A stretch of DNA of 64,000 nucleotides from Zootoca vivipara (lineage: Eukaryota), in the NCBI RefSeq assembly GCF_963506605.1, contig NC_083288.1, positions 42,966,001 through 43,030,000 of the forward strand, read 5' to 3'. The notes beneath the pieces were generated by a model that ran no database searches, was not told the origin of the DNA, and was given only the letters and a program-made list of their open reading frames with translations. Within the stretch, counting starts at the first letter, position 1. The number at the start of each line of letters is the position of its first letter. The position numbers and the translations under genes are program-made. Below, one piece after another: positions 11,735-24,241 of the stretch.

Positions 11735-12636
11735 TTATTTCTTTCTCTTTATTAGCTGTCCTCTGTTGTTCAGCTCAGGCCTCATCATAATGACAAAGCA
11801 TTTGGGGAAAAAGATACAGCTCAGCAGTCCAGCCCCAGAGGCCAAAATGGAGAAGATCTCTACTGCCACCATGTATTTCCCCTTCGTGGTCAGGTAGGTT
11901 GGAACAAAGGATACCCAAACACTGCAGAAAACCAACATGCTGAAGGTGATGAACTTGGCTTCGTTGAAAGCGTCTGGAAGCTTCCTGGCTAGGAAAGCCA
12001 AAGTAAAGCTGACGACAGCTAGCAAACCCATAAAGGCCAGTAGGCAGTAGAAGAAGGTGGCATAGCCTTCATTACATTCCACTATGACCTCACCTGCCAA
12101 TGAGTGCATGTCAAAATCTGGGAAGGGGGGAGCCGATCCCAGCCATGCTGTCGAAATGCCAACTTGAACAAGGGAGCAACAAAGAACAATAGGAGTTGCT
12201 ATCCTTTTCCCCACCCATTTGCTCATCCTGGAACCTGGTTGAGTGGCCAAGAAGGCAAGAAGCACTGTCATGGTTTTGGCCAAGACAGAAGAAACAGCCA
12301 CAGAGAAGGTGATACTGAACGATGTTTGCCTGAGCATGCAAGTCACTTTCCCAGGTTGGCCAATGAACAGCAGTGGGCAGAGGAAACAGAGCAGGAGGGA
12401 GACGAGGAGAATGTAGCTGAGGCTCCGGTTATTGGCTTTGACAATGGGTGTGTCCTGGTGTTTAATGAAAGTTCCCAACACTAAGGAAGTTACCAGGGAA
12501 AAAGAGATGGCAAACAAAGCCATGCTGATCCCCAAAGGTTCTTCGTAAGAGAGGAAGCTTACAACCTTAGGGATGCATTGATTTTGAGCCTTGTTTGGAT
12601 GCTGATCTTCAGGGCACTGGAAACAGGAGTCCGTGT
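11735..12636 (-). CDS. V2R-A exon 6 (end of CRD plus 7TM)
   Basis: ttttcccag|AC; [11 protein letters not shown]...TPIVKANN...[11 protein letters not shown]...stop. Confidence 0.96.
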
Positions 12637-15600
12637 CTGGGAAAAGAAGGAGTTGAAAAGTCTCAGTGACAATTCATGTATTTACATATTTGTAGAAGTG
12701 ACCAGGGAGGGACTTCCCTGGTTGCTACAAGCATAGCTGTAGGGTGACTGGGGATAGGGTGGGGATTCCTGCATTTCCCTGTAAGTGCCAGAAGGTGCTA
12801 GAAGGGAGCAATTACCTTTTGGTGACCTCTGCACAAACTCATGCTTGCTAACTTTATTATTATTATTATTATTATTTTATTTTATTTTAAATAAACTTTA
12901 TTGATTTTCAAAATGTACATTACATAAAAACAAAACAATGTAACATTGATGGATAAATAAAACTTCAATACATATTATAAATTCATTGTCTGAATCTTTA
13001 TTTACCTCCCCCCTCCCCTCCAACACTGTCTCTCCCACTACTTCTCAGCCTTCACTACACTATGCAATAGATTTTCTATTTTCGTCTGCACACTATAACT
13101 ATTTTTTTGGTTTGTTGTTACTTTTGGTCCTACTTGATTCTTTCTTAAACTTTGATTTCATTTCATTTCTTTTTCTTTTCTTTTTCCTCTTTTCTGTCTC
13201 TCATTTATTTGGGCCTTTAATATTCTGGAAAGAGATTGGGCTTTTCCACCTGGCACTTAATATAGTCTATAAACAATTTTCAATTTTTCCACTTTCTTCT
13301 TTCTTTATCCCTTTAACTTCCTCATATTTTATTCATGCTTGCTAACTTGATAGATAACTTGTTAAATCCAGCAGGCTAAGCCCATGCCAGAAGAAACTAT
13401 CCATTTGCCAGTGGTGTGCTTACATTGATTGATTTAGAAAATCCATATGGAAAGAAATCTCAAAGTGGTTTACATGAAATATAATCGGGATGAGGAGGAA
13501 TCAAGTCATATTAAAATACAACAACAAGGTAATCGAAAATTTCTTGTATGCTGGCCATCCTCATATTCTTTTGAATTCTTTCTGTGAAGGCCAGACAGAT
13601 TCTCAAATGGGAAAGAATGGGTTCCAAAGCACCCAAGAAATGTTCTCCACTGTCATCATCTATCGTGATGAGACCTACCCATCTCCACCCAAAATGCAAA
13701 AGCAGGTGGGCAATTCCTCGATATTGAAGTGCTTCATTGGGAACCATGTGGTAAAAGGAAGGAAAATGAGATTCACCAACAACAATCTAATAAAACTTCT
13801 TAAATGAAAACATAAAGCAAATATTTACCTTAGATTTTTTTAAAAATAGTTTGAAAAGAAGGAATCTGACTCCAGGAAAGCATATGTAAGCATATATGCT
13901 TTTAAAGAGGCATTTAAAGCTGGTTACTGTAGGTGCCTCTCAAAAAATCACCCAGGGGAGGATACAAGGGTGGGTGCTACCACCAAGAAAGTCCACTTCT
14001 GTGTTGCCACCAAGCAGAGCTGGCAGGGTGAGGGTGCTGCATCTGGTGGTAGAAGATCCCCAGGTGGCACTTTTATGCCTTTGCTAGCAGCGGAAAAGCG
14101 CCATCGCCATTGGTGCTGATTTGGGGCCAGATTGCATCTACTTGGGGTGAGATCTAATGCAAACTGGTGCTGCCTGGAAGGGCACACAGTAGCAGTAGAG
14201 CGGGCATTGTTGGCAGCACTTCCCTCTTCACCTCTAGTGGCAAAAGAGGACACTAAGCCCCACCCACCAAGCTGATTGTGGAATAGCCAGCCATGGTTTC
14301 CTTGGAAGATCTTAAGACTGAACTTGGTCTGCACTGCCCCTTGAGGTGTTGCTGGACTACAACACCCCTCACCCCTGACCATTGGCTGTGCTGCCTGGGC
14401 CAGATGGGAGTTGGAGTCCAGGAGAATCTAGAGGGCCACAGGTCCCCCATCCCTGCCTTAAAAAAGGTAAAGGTACCCCTGACTGTTAGGTCCAATCGCG
14501 GACGGCTCTGGGGTTACGACGCTCATCTCGCTCTATAGGCCGAGGAGCCGGTGTTTGTCCGCAGACAGCTTCCGGGTCATGTGGCCAGCATGACTAAGCT
14601 GCTTCTGGAGAACCAGAGCAGCACACGGAAACGCCGGTTACCTTCCCACTGTAGCGGTCCCTATTTATCTACTTGCACTTTGACCTGCTTTCAAACTGCT
14701 AGGTGGGCAGGAGCTGGGACCAAACAGCGGGAGCTCACCCCGTCGCAGGGAGTCGAACCGCCATCCTCCTGATCGGCAAGCCCTAGGCTCTGTGGCTTAG
14801 ACCACATGTCTTCTCACAATGATGGTTATGATTTGACAGGCTGGAGTTCTGGGGTTGAGGAATGGTGGCTCCCTCTATGCAGATGTGAGATTTGAGTGCC
14901 TCTCAGTTTTCCGGACATCTTTGGTTCTCACTTTTCATTTGCTTAAGAATACTGTGTTCTTTGTCACTTACCCTCCAGAGCTGAAATTTCCCCTTCTTCG
15001 CATGGAGAACAGTCGTAGCAGCAAGATGGTGCACCTTCCTTTGTGATCTTCTGATAACCAGGCTGGCAGCAGTCATTGCACACAGAGACGGGGGGCAGCT
15101 GTCCATAAACAACAGAAAACTGAGGAAAATGGTATTTTGTTTTCAAGCTGGCATACAGTTGTGTTTTTTAAACAACAACCACAACCACAATGTATTTTTA
15201 TTAAAGATTTTTTTGTTTACAGAAGTATTTGCAATGTCTCTTTTTTCAAGTTACATTTTCTACAGATCAGTTTCATTTGTTGAGACATTAGTGGTACATT
15301 AGGAAGAAAGGAGGGAAAGAGGTGGAGGGGGGAATGGTGGGTGGGGTGGGGTGGCAATGCTTCTATTCAGCTTAGTGTATGTGTGGGGTTTTGTATCAGC
15401 ATCGCTTGTGTAGGTTCTGTTTACTATTCACTTGTATTCCTTTGGTGGTGAGAGAGGTCAATGGCAGGTCAAATGGTTATTTCTCAAATGGGACAGTGTG
15501 ACTGTCCATCTGTCCATCAAATTTGGGTGCGACTGTCCACCTGTCAATCACCTAACATCATAGCGATATCAGATGCTGATGCTGTTTGTCAGGACTATGA

Positions 15601-18600
15601 AGTACAACACAGGAATGTTTGAAACCCTTTTGCAAGCAGCCTCACCCTGCTCTTTTAAACCTCCTAATTCTTATTTCTAATTGTTATTACCTTGTTGTTC
15701 TCTTCATGATCATCATTGCTAGTTGCCACCACAACTGCTTAATTTTTTTAAAAAAATTATTTACCTGGCAAAGGATGAATACATGCTTCATTTCACCCAC
15801 TTTAAATCTGTTGTCCACCCATTTTACGCTGCAATCCTCTACTCACTGACCTGAGAATGAGCCCCGTTGAATTTGGACTTAAACCTGAATAGATACAAAG
15901 ATTGTGCTGCTAGTGCATAACCTTTCTTTTCATATTAGAGAGGGTGTGTCTCTAATTTTCTTACCTTGGTGAATTCTCCATGCCACTGGATTTTTTCCTC
16001 ATGAATGATGAACACTTTCTCTGGAGGAGCCTGAGGATCCAGACTTCCTACTTTGATCCTGACATAGGAGTTATTTGGGAAAGTGACCAAGTTGGTAACA
16101 TCAAAACCAGCTTCTAATTCTCCACATTCATTAAATCTAATTTCATCTCCAGCACTGTTGTTGAATGAGATTCTCTGAAGAAATGAGTGGAGCTTCGCAT
16201 GAAAGAATTGAAGAACCCTTTAAGTCTTGGAATACACTCAGTGATATATCCCCCCCCCCTGATAATTTTGTAACATGGCATGCTAGTCATAGGGATGGGG
16301 GATTCAGTTTAATTTGGATTTTAATGCGAATCTCCCCAAATCACACTTCCTAAAATAACATATAATTCGAAACACAGCTTTTCTTCTAAATTTGCTCTTC
16401 CTTGAATTTTGCAATGCGGTTCCTCCCAAAATGTGTGTACATTAGGGGAAAGTATGTGCAAAAATTAATATATTAGTGTACATTATATACAGAATGCTTC
16501 TGTCAGGGGAAATCATTTGCATGTGTAGACCTTTTAACCACCTCCCCCCCCCCCAAATAAATTCAGATAAGACTCAAATTTTTGGTTTGGTTTTTGGCAG
16601 AATTTAAGCCACAACTTTGTTGATTACAATCAAGTGAGTGTTTGTGTAGGCTCTGGTTCAACTAGCTCCCTGCACCCTTGCAGGCAGCGCTGACCCTGGG
16701 CACCAACCATAGGTCAGCCTCTGGTGAACACCTGGGACAATGGCAAGCAGGACCCTGCTAGACCTCCACCCAGATGTCACCTGGACTCTGGCTCCAGGCA
16801 CAACCCCTCACAGGGAAGACCAACCAATGAGTCCGTGGATTCCTTTAGTGGAATACCCATTGCATAGGGATGGCCAGAGCGCTCTGCCACTCCTATCACC
16901 TGAACCAGAGCCTATCCGCAACCTTACAAGTTGTGACGATTTGCTACGTGGCAGGAGAAACCGAAATGGCACCAGCCAATCAGCCAAGTGGGGAAAATTC
17001 CTGCTGTGCCCCTGTCCCAATGACAGGCAACACACGATGACATAGCAAAGTCAAGCGCGCAAGCCCTAAATATAGGGAGAGGTGAGCGGGTGTTCCGATG
17101 CACAGAGCCCAAAAGAGAAAGCTCAGCGACACATGCATGGGCTTATATAAAGGTCCCTCGATCGATTTAACTGGCATCTCATTGGTCAGATTGCACCCAG
17201 GATTGAACGACCTCCAATAGGGTGTGGTGGCCATCCAAATGTTCCCACCCACAACACAGGGTCTGGTTGCCAGGTCGCACCACAACACATGCCCTCTTTA
17301 AGGGAGGACCCGATCTGCAAAAAAAAAATAATAGGGGGGGGGGATGCATGCTAAAATGCGGGTGAACTTTCATGAAGACTTTTTTATTATTGCAAACTGA
17401 TGGTGAATGGAACTTAAGATTGGAAAAATGTGTATCTGAGAAAAGGTGAAATTGATGGATTCTCCCATCCCTAAGCAGAACTTTTCACACCATACCACAT
17501 GACATACAGGGACACTGGGGAGACATTACCTTCCAGGGTTCCATATTTAGATGTGTCAGGCTACCTTCATATTTCATTGCTCTGTGACTGGATCTAGATC
17601 TGTACATATTATGTATGGCATGTGCCAGGGCATAAACTGCATTGTAGATACTGTAGCTGTGGCCCGTCATGCTCATTTCAAAATAAGGTGCAGGGAGATT
17701 CTCCAGACTCTCTTCTCCGGTACATGTGCCAATGATGTTTGGTGGCTTAATGGCATTTGAAACAGAGCAAATAAATGCTTGTTCCCATAAATTCTTGATA
17801 AAACCATTTCCGTTTGCATAATAAGGGTTTGCACCCTGAACAAATTCTTGGAAGCCTTGAAGTTCCATCGAGTGAATTGTGAAGGAGATCGAACCGTCGA
17901 ACATTCGCATATCAATAACCCTTTGGAAAGGATCAAATGTGAAATCGATTTGGGCTGTTGTAATCCACACCTTTCCTGCACAATACTTCTCTACAGAACC
18001 AAGAAGTATTAGAGGAATCAACTCCATTGTCACCCACACAATAGCTGCCACCCCCCGCAGGGTTGCAGATTCTCCATATACAATAATAACATTGGCTTTG
18101 CTTTTCATGAAAAGTGGGATATCATTAAGAAGGTAATCGAAAATTTCTTGTATGCTGGCCATCCTCATATTCTTTTGAATTCTTTCTGTGAAGGCCAGAC
18201 AGATTCTCAAATGGGAAAGAACGGGTTCCAAAGCACCCAAGAAATGTTCTCCACTGTCATCATCTATCGTGATGAGACCTACCCATCTCCACCCAAAATG
18301 CAAAAGCAGGTGGGCAATTCCTCGATATTGAAGTGCTTCATTGGGAACCATGTGGTAAAAGGAAGGAAAATGAGATTCGCCACTCACTCCTGGTTCAAAT
18401 GAGCCATATGACAGCTGGGCAGAGTGGGCAGAAATTTCAGAGGTGAAATAGAAGAAGCACCTCATCACATATTATACTTTTGATTATTTATTTACTCTTA
18501 TTACTCTGTTTTTTTAAAACAGAGCTGCAAAATGACGGCGGAGGCTCTATTTTGACGGTGCCAAGGAAGGAGATATTAGCAGGCTTGGAGAGACTCCAAG

Positions 18601-21258
18601 GTTTACAAAAGAACAAAAACCATCAGGAAAAGACATGTGATGGCGGGAATGAGGAGCTTACCATGTTCTGACTCCCACATTGTTCCAGGAGTTGCAGAGC
18701 AGAAAGCATAAAACACTGGAATTATTATTATCCCTTATCTGTACTCTTGAGTAAGCATGCATACTGCAGCCTAAGTGAATATCAGGGCAGCAAATTTCAC
18801 TTTGCCATGAACCTCTGTCAGATAAAGCAGGCAAGACAGTTTTCTGGGATGAATATGGATATTAAACAGGCACCCTTGAGATCCCCTTTATAAAGAGCCA
18901 TATGCTCAAAGCTCCATTTTGTACCTCTCTGCACATATTTTTTCTCAAACCCCACCCAACATTATTCTTCCTCCTGCTTCTAATTAATGGACATGCCAGC
19001 AGAAAGAAAAGGGAAGGGTGTGAGATAAGAGGAAATCCCCACAGCCCAATGCCCTACCTGGGGAATCTTGTAAAGGCTCAAGACCTTTGCTATGTGTGCG
19101 GTCGTAGCAGAGCTAAGTCCTCCGATGACGCCCACTAGTTTTCTCTGGATGCCACAATTATAGTTCGGGAAGAACTGGAGTGAATTGAAGAGCAGGTCCA
19201 ACGTGGCCCGGTAGATAATCCTTGCAATGGAATTGCTGTCATAGATGTGGAATCCAAGAGTGACATTAAGCAAGATGCTGGGATTTTCATTGATCTCTTC
19301 TACAGCAAAAACCATGGCCAGGATGTGCTGGTAGAACTTTGTCACCACTCTATAAATAAAGCCATTCAAGAATTCACGGAAATGGTTCGTTGTGCCTCTA
19401 AAACACCCTTTGCCAGCCTGATGCCCTCTGGATGTTTTGGACTACAACTCCCATCAGCCTCACATAGTATGGTCAATGGACAAGGGTTGCAGGAGTGGTA
19501 GTCTGGAGGGCACCAGGCTGGGGAAGGCTGTTGTAAGAGATTCAGATGCCTGAACCTAAGGAGGTGATGCAATGTAGGAGCATCATTGAAAATGAGGGAA
19601 AGGGGCATCTCCTGCCCAGTTATGCCCATATAGTTGCATAATGTGTGCCATGCAGTGTGTTTTTGTGCAGTAAGAAACTGTCCTCTCTTTGGGCCAAATC
19701 TTATTTATAGTGGGGTTTGCTTAAAAAATAAATATCCCTGCCTCCTTCTCCTTATTTTGAGATTTGCCAAGGCTGTACCCCTAAACGGGAAGAATCCTAA
19801 AACATGTGTTGGATTCAAAACTCCACTCCCTAACATCTCCAGTCTTAACAGCACTGCAATTTTCTGTTATTGTAAGGCACCTTTTGCTGTTGGGCAGAAA
19901 TATGGGATACGACACTTTCTACTGACTAAATAATCAAAGGAGTGGTTACTGATTTTCCATGCATTATTATTATTTTTTGAAACCCCAACTGGAAATGGGA
20001 TACCCCCAACCTATTGGATCTAGCCTGCTTTGTGGGCAGGGGGAGAAAAATATATATGAATTCCTCAAAACATTCCCCAGAGAACAGTCAGTATAATCCT
20101 TAAGAAAGCTTTTACAAGTAATGGTTCTTAACACCATCAAGCCATGACCATATACAGTATAGCGAGTGATGCCAATAGGAGGTGCAAAGAAGCAAATGCC
20201 AGCTTGTAGCATATTCTGGATGTATCCTAAAATCAGAATTTTTTTTGGGGGGGGGAGGGTGATACAATCACATTAAAGTAATAACAAGTTATATCTTACC
20301 AATGGACCCTGTAACTTTGTTATTTGGATATAATAAAGATCTTGCACTAATAGAAGATTAGGTACTATTACCACATCTTTTGACCGCTATGATCATCTGC
20401 GAGGACCAGAAGAAAATGAGAACATCATCCCCGAGAGAATGGATAACCAAACTTTGGGACACTGTGTTAAGCATACGGATATGGTAAGAACTAGAGGAGG
20501 TAGACACCCAGAGAACAGTTTCATGGAAAAATCTAGTCTTTTAAAAATTTAGTGTCGCGATAAGGTTCAGCACAACGTAAACCCTTTTGCATTGCTCAGA
20601 ACTTCAATGTGCTCTATTTGAATTTGGTATGTAGGTGGCAGCAGAGGTGAGGCAGGCTGGGGAAGTGCTCCCCTCTCCAAACAAACAAACAAACAAACAA
20701 ACAAACAAACAAACAAACAAACAAACAAACAACTCGCCCGCCCAGTTGCCTTGCTCTATTGCTGGGCTACTGTCACTAACACATACTAATATTTTTTTTC
20801 TTTCAGAAATCTTAATATGGGGGGGGACACACACACTCACATACCTAGAAATATACCGTACTTTTCCATGTAAAAGACGAGGTTTTTTTCCCCTCTTTAC
20901 TGTAAAATAATGTTAAAAAAGGGGCTTGTCTTATACACAGATAGTGCATGGAGATGGACGAATGATTGGTTGTGGGTTAGTGATTTTCAGCATGCCCCCC
21001 CAAAAAAACTCAACAACTCTGAGTCAACACCCCCCCCCATTTTCTTAAATTTGTGTTCTCCAAAATAGGAGGCGTATTATACATGGGTGTGTGTTATACA
21101 CAGAAAAATACAGTACTTTTCTGGTCCCACCACTGATTTGGTATGGAATCCTGCTTTTTTATTTCAGTCCTGAATATCTGTTTTCTTCTCTTTTGAGACT
21201 TGTTAATTTATTCATGTTTTTTTATTCCATATCCTTATTTTTAATAATGATAGTAGTA

Positions 21259-21306
<48 letters not shown>

Positions 21307-21529
21307 TTTCTTACAATGGAAAATAAACCCAGTCTTTAGAAGGGTGCTGCTTGAAGGACACGTTGGGCAAAATGTAAACGATGTGAGAGGCAATCCCACC
21401 GATGAGGATTTCGCCAGGTTGGTACCACTCCGATGGGACATGAATGGGATTGTTTCCGGTGCACGTCACAGGGTGTCCTTTTTGCACCATCTGAGATAGC
21501 AGCAGCAGCAGCAACAACAACAGCAACAT
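11735..21529 (-). CDS. Vomeronasal type-2 receptor V2R-A (class C GPCR), 6 exons, 882 aa
   Basis: Exons 21315..21529, 19058..19349, 17530..18414, 15965..16192, 14972..15098 and 11735..12636 sum to 2649 nt in frame. Motifs include [48 protein letters not shown] and [11 protein letters not shown]. Confidence 0.95.
12855..13332 (-). mobile_element. LINE (L1/Tx1-like) 3' end in V2R-A intron 5
   Basis: 16-bp TSD TCATGCTTGCTAACTT (12839..12854, 13333..13348); A-rich tail on the minus strand. Confidence 0.7.
13526..13778 (-). pseudogene. 253-bp copy of part of V2R-A exon 3 (18130..18382) inserted in V2R-A intron 5
   Basis: Colinear with no indels and 2 mismatches; flanked by CAACAACAA direct repeats (13519..13527 and 13777..13785). 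Confidence 0.93.
14463..14806 (+). mobile_element. Sauria SINE
   Basis: Homologous to 4271..4655. Confidence 0.85.
14972..15098 (-). CDS. V2R-A exon 5 (cysteine-rich domain, CRD)
   Basis: 127 nt; [15 protein letters not shown]...[14 protein letters not shown]. Confidence 0.93.
15965..16192 (-). CDS. V2R-A exon 4
   Basis: 228 nt; [15 protein letters not shown]...QWHGEFTK; not present in the ORF track, translated by hand. Confidence 0.93.
16524..17319 (-). mobile_element. Probable solo LTR in V2R-A intron 3
   Basis: TG...CA ends; homologous in reverse complement to 46331..47095. Confidence 0.6.
17530..18414 (-). CDS. V2R-A exon 3 (VFT core)
   Basis: 885 nt; LSYGSF...KVWITTAQ...[11 protein letters not shown]...PWK. 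Confidence 0.95.
19058..19349 (-). CDS. V2R-A exon 2
   Basis: 292 nt, same length as in the three paralogs; [11 protein letters not shown]...YKIPQ. Confidence 0.95.
20679..20730. repeat. (AAAC)n microsatellite
   Basis: Seen directly. Confidence 0.9.
20856..21113. mobile_element. Degenerate Tc1/mariner-type MITE
   Basis: TA|CCGTACTTTTCCATGTA ... TATACACAGAAAAATACAG|TA. Confidence 0.55.
21243..21306. repeat. (AAT)n microsatellite next to the V2R-A exon 1 donor
   Basis: Seen directly. Confidence 0.9.
21315..21529 (-). CDS. V2R-A exon 1 (signal peptide, start of Venus flytrap domain, VFT)
   Basis: [13 protein letters not shown]...[12 protein letters not shown]; donor TT|gtaaga. Confidence 0.85.
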
Positions 21530-22018
21530 TGCAGAACCTCAGCTTCCTGTTGGTAAAGGCTCCTGTCTGTCTCTCCGGACAGCAACACCCTGGGTTGAAA
21601 TTACATGGCTCGGAGGACAGCTGATTCTGCCAATACATGTATTAAAATGGCACATATGTGCTTTACTTTGAGCATCAACTGGAGAACAGAAGTACACATT
21701 GGATACCAATCTAGTGACACTTATCTGAAGCATGACCAGTGCTACTTAAAGGAGAAACTGCCCAGTTCAGAAGGACAGAGCTCTGCCAAATTTAGTCCCT
21801 GGAACCATAGCCCCAATTGGCACTGCTGGGGGTTTATATAACAATTTCAGACTTGTTTTCAGACAATTTTTAATGTGCTGTAAGCCAGGTGGATGGGGTA
21901 TAAATAATAAAATTGTTTCTTGCTTTTTTTCTTTTTCTTTTAGAGCCGTCTGGAACTTTGTCCAGGCAAATAAATGACAATTATTTGGATAATTACAGGG
22001 GTGGTAATAGCTCACCCT

Positions 22019-22476
22019 AGAATCATAGAATCATAGAGTTGGAAGAGACCACAAGGGCCATCCAGTCCAACCCCCTGCCAAGTAGGAAACACCATCAAAG
22101 CATTCCTGACATATGCCTGTCAAGCCTCCGCTTAAAGACCTCCAAAGAGGGCGACTCCACCATACTCCTTGGAAGCAAATTCCACTGCCGAACAGCTCTT
22201 ACTGTCAGGAAGTTCTTCCTAATGTTTAGGTGGAATCTTCTTTCTTGTAGTTTGAATCCATTGCTCCATGTCCGCTTCTCTGGAGCAGCAGAAAACAACC
22301 TTTCTCCCTCCTCTATATGACATCCTTTGATATATTTGAACATGGCTATCATATCACCCCTTAACCTTCTCTTCTCCAGGCTAAACATACCCAGCTCCCT
22401 AAGCCGTTCCTCAGAAGGCATCATTTCCAGGCCTTTGACCATTTTGGTTGCCCTCCTCTGGACACGTTCCAGCTTG
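22019..22476 (-). mobile_element. CR1 LINE 3' fragment
   Basis: KLERVQRRATKM...LEKRRLRGD...WNLLP; (ATTCTATG)n tail. Confidence 0.93.
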
Positions 22477-22584
22477 GAAATTAAACAAAGGGCCTGCTGG
22501 TTTCTCTTTAAGGTTTCCAGACTCAAAAGAGAGCAGGGCAATTAAAGGCACAGAAGTCCTGTCGTCTATTGAGTCTGGCAACCC

Positions 22585-22757
22585 TATCCCTTCCTCCCCC
22601 TCAACAGACACCCTGTGAGGTGGGTGGGGCTGAACGACTTCAGAGAAGTGTGACTAGCCCATAGTCACCCAGCAGCTGCATGTGGAGGAGCGGAGACACA
22701 AACCCAGTTCACCAGATTACGAGTCTACCGCTCTCAACCACTACACCACACTGGCTC
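22585..22757 (-). mobile_element. tRNA-derived squamate SINE fragment
   Basis: Homologous to 7154..7386. Confidence 0.7.
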
Positions 22758-23139
22758 TCGAGTGGTGTAGTACTGCTTTAGATGCATAGCACAGGTTTGG
22801 CCTCAGAGGCCGTATCCCTCTGAATGACAGTTGCTGTGAATCACAGGCAAAGATTTGTGGCGCTCATTTCCTGCTTGCAGGCTTCCCACAGGCTTCTGGC
22901 TAGTCATTTCAAGAACAGAAGGCAGAACCAGATGGGTAGTTCGCCTCATCTAACAAGGCTTTTTAATGTTTTTAGTTCTGCATTTATTTATTTTTGCCAT
23001 TTTGGTGGCATAGTTGGTAGCAGAACCACTGAAAGGAACATTGAAGGGCTAAGAGGAAATGTATCACTTGGAAAAAAGAGAAATCAGATTTGCATAGAAA
23101 TATCTTGATTTATATATCTAGAAAGAGATCTAATTCCAA

Positions 23140-23292
23140 GGGTCTTCTGGCGGTTCCCTCTCTTCGAGAAGTGAGGTTACAGGGAACCAGGCAAAGGATC
23201 TTCTCAGTAGTGGTAGCCACCTTGTGGAACGCCCTCCCACCAGATGTCAAAGAGATAAGTAATGATACAACCATTGGAAGACATCTGAAGGC
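23140..23292 (+). mobile_element. L2 LINE 3' fragment
   Basis: LLAVP...R.FSVV.ATLWNALP...RHLK, an L2 ORF2 C-terminal motif. Confidence 0.65.
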
Positions 23293-23454
23293 AGTGGTTT
23301 CCTTGGGAGGTTGTGGACTCTCCTTCCTTGGAGGTTTTTAAGCAGAGGCTGGATGGCCATCTGTCATGGATTCTATAGTTGAGATTCCTCCATTGAAGGG
23401 GGTTGGACTGGATGACCCTGAAGGTCCCTTCCAACTGTACAATTCCATGATTCT
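23293..23454 (+). mobile_element. CR1 3' fragment
   Basis: GGGGTTGGACTGGATGACC...ATTCCATGATTC tail. Confidence 0.75.
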
Positions 23455-23784
23455 TAATGAAGGGGTATACCATTGCTGCCTTCAAGGGGGATACTACCCC
23501 CCCCCCATGCAGTGAAGCATTAATCAATTAACCAATCCTGGCCCAATTGTACTGACTGCAAATTGGGTTCTGGGCCCAATTTGAAGTGCTGGTTTTTTTA
23601 CTTATATAGTCTTAAATGGCTCAGGACTACAATACCTCAAGGTCCGCCTCTCCCCATGTAAACCTACCCGGACCCTGAAATCATAATCTGAGGCGAACCA
23701 CAAAATAGAGTCCCCACCACCCACCAGGGTAGAATAAGTGAATATCTACATCAGGAACAAGGGAACTACATTGGCAACTATTTA

Positions 23785-23881
23785 CCGTGTTTCTCCGAAA
23801 ATAAGCCATACCCCGAAAATAAGCCATATCCCGAAAATAGGTGATAGGCGGTTTAACCTTGTAGGTGAAACTGTACCATAC

Positions 23882-23923
<42 letters not shown>

Positions 23924-24012
23924 GTAAAGACATCCCCTGAAAATAAGCCACCGTGTTTTTTTTTTGAGGAAAAATAAATATAAGACGGTGTCTTATTTTT
24001 GGAGAAACACGG
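23785..24012. mobile_element. Tc1/mariner (Tigger-like) MITE
   Basis: TA|CCGTGTTTCTCCGAAAATAAG ... CTTATTTTTGGAGAAACACGG|TA. Confidence 0.82.
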
Positions 24013-24241
24013 TAGGTAGGGGCAGTGCTTTTTTCTGCTGGTACGCAGGGATATACAAACCCCTAAACATTTTATGAATCTTCATACTTTTGTCCATTTA
24101 CTGTATTTATTTTCCCTGATTTAAACGATAAAATGGTGATTTTCTTGAGTCAAAATGAAAGTACCCCTAAGCATTCTTTTTTTATATAGAAAAAAAGGAC
24201 TGGGTAGTGTCAGGAGTCCAGGTACCCAGTTTGATAACACA

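Noticed and set aside
12104-12484. Antisense and alternative-frame ORFs over the 7TM exons (also 48213..48689, 33770..34324, 60313..60846)
   Set aside because: They are shadows of the V2R coding sequence and recur only because the exon is duplicated.
13511-13747. ORF identical to part of V2R exon 3, as a separate gene
   Set aside because: It is a 253-bp intronic copy without native splice sites or other exons.
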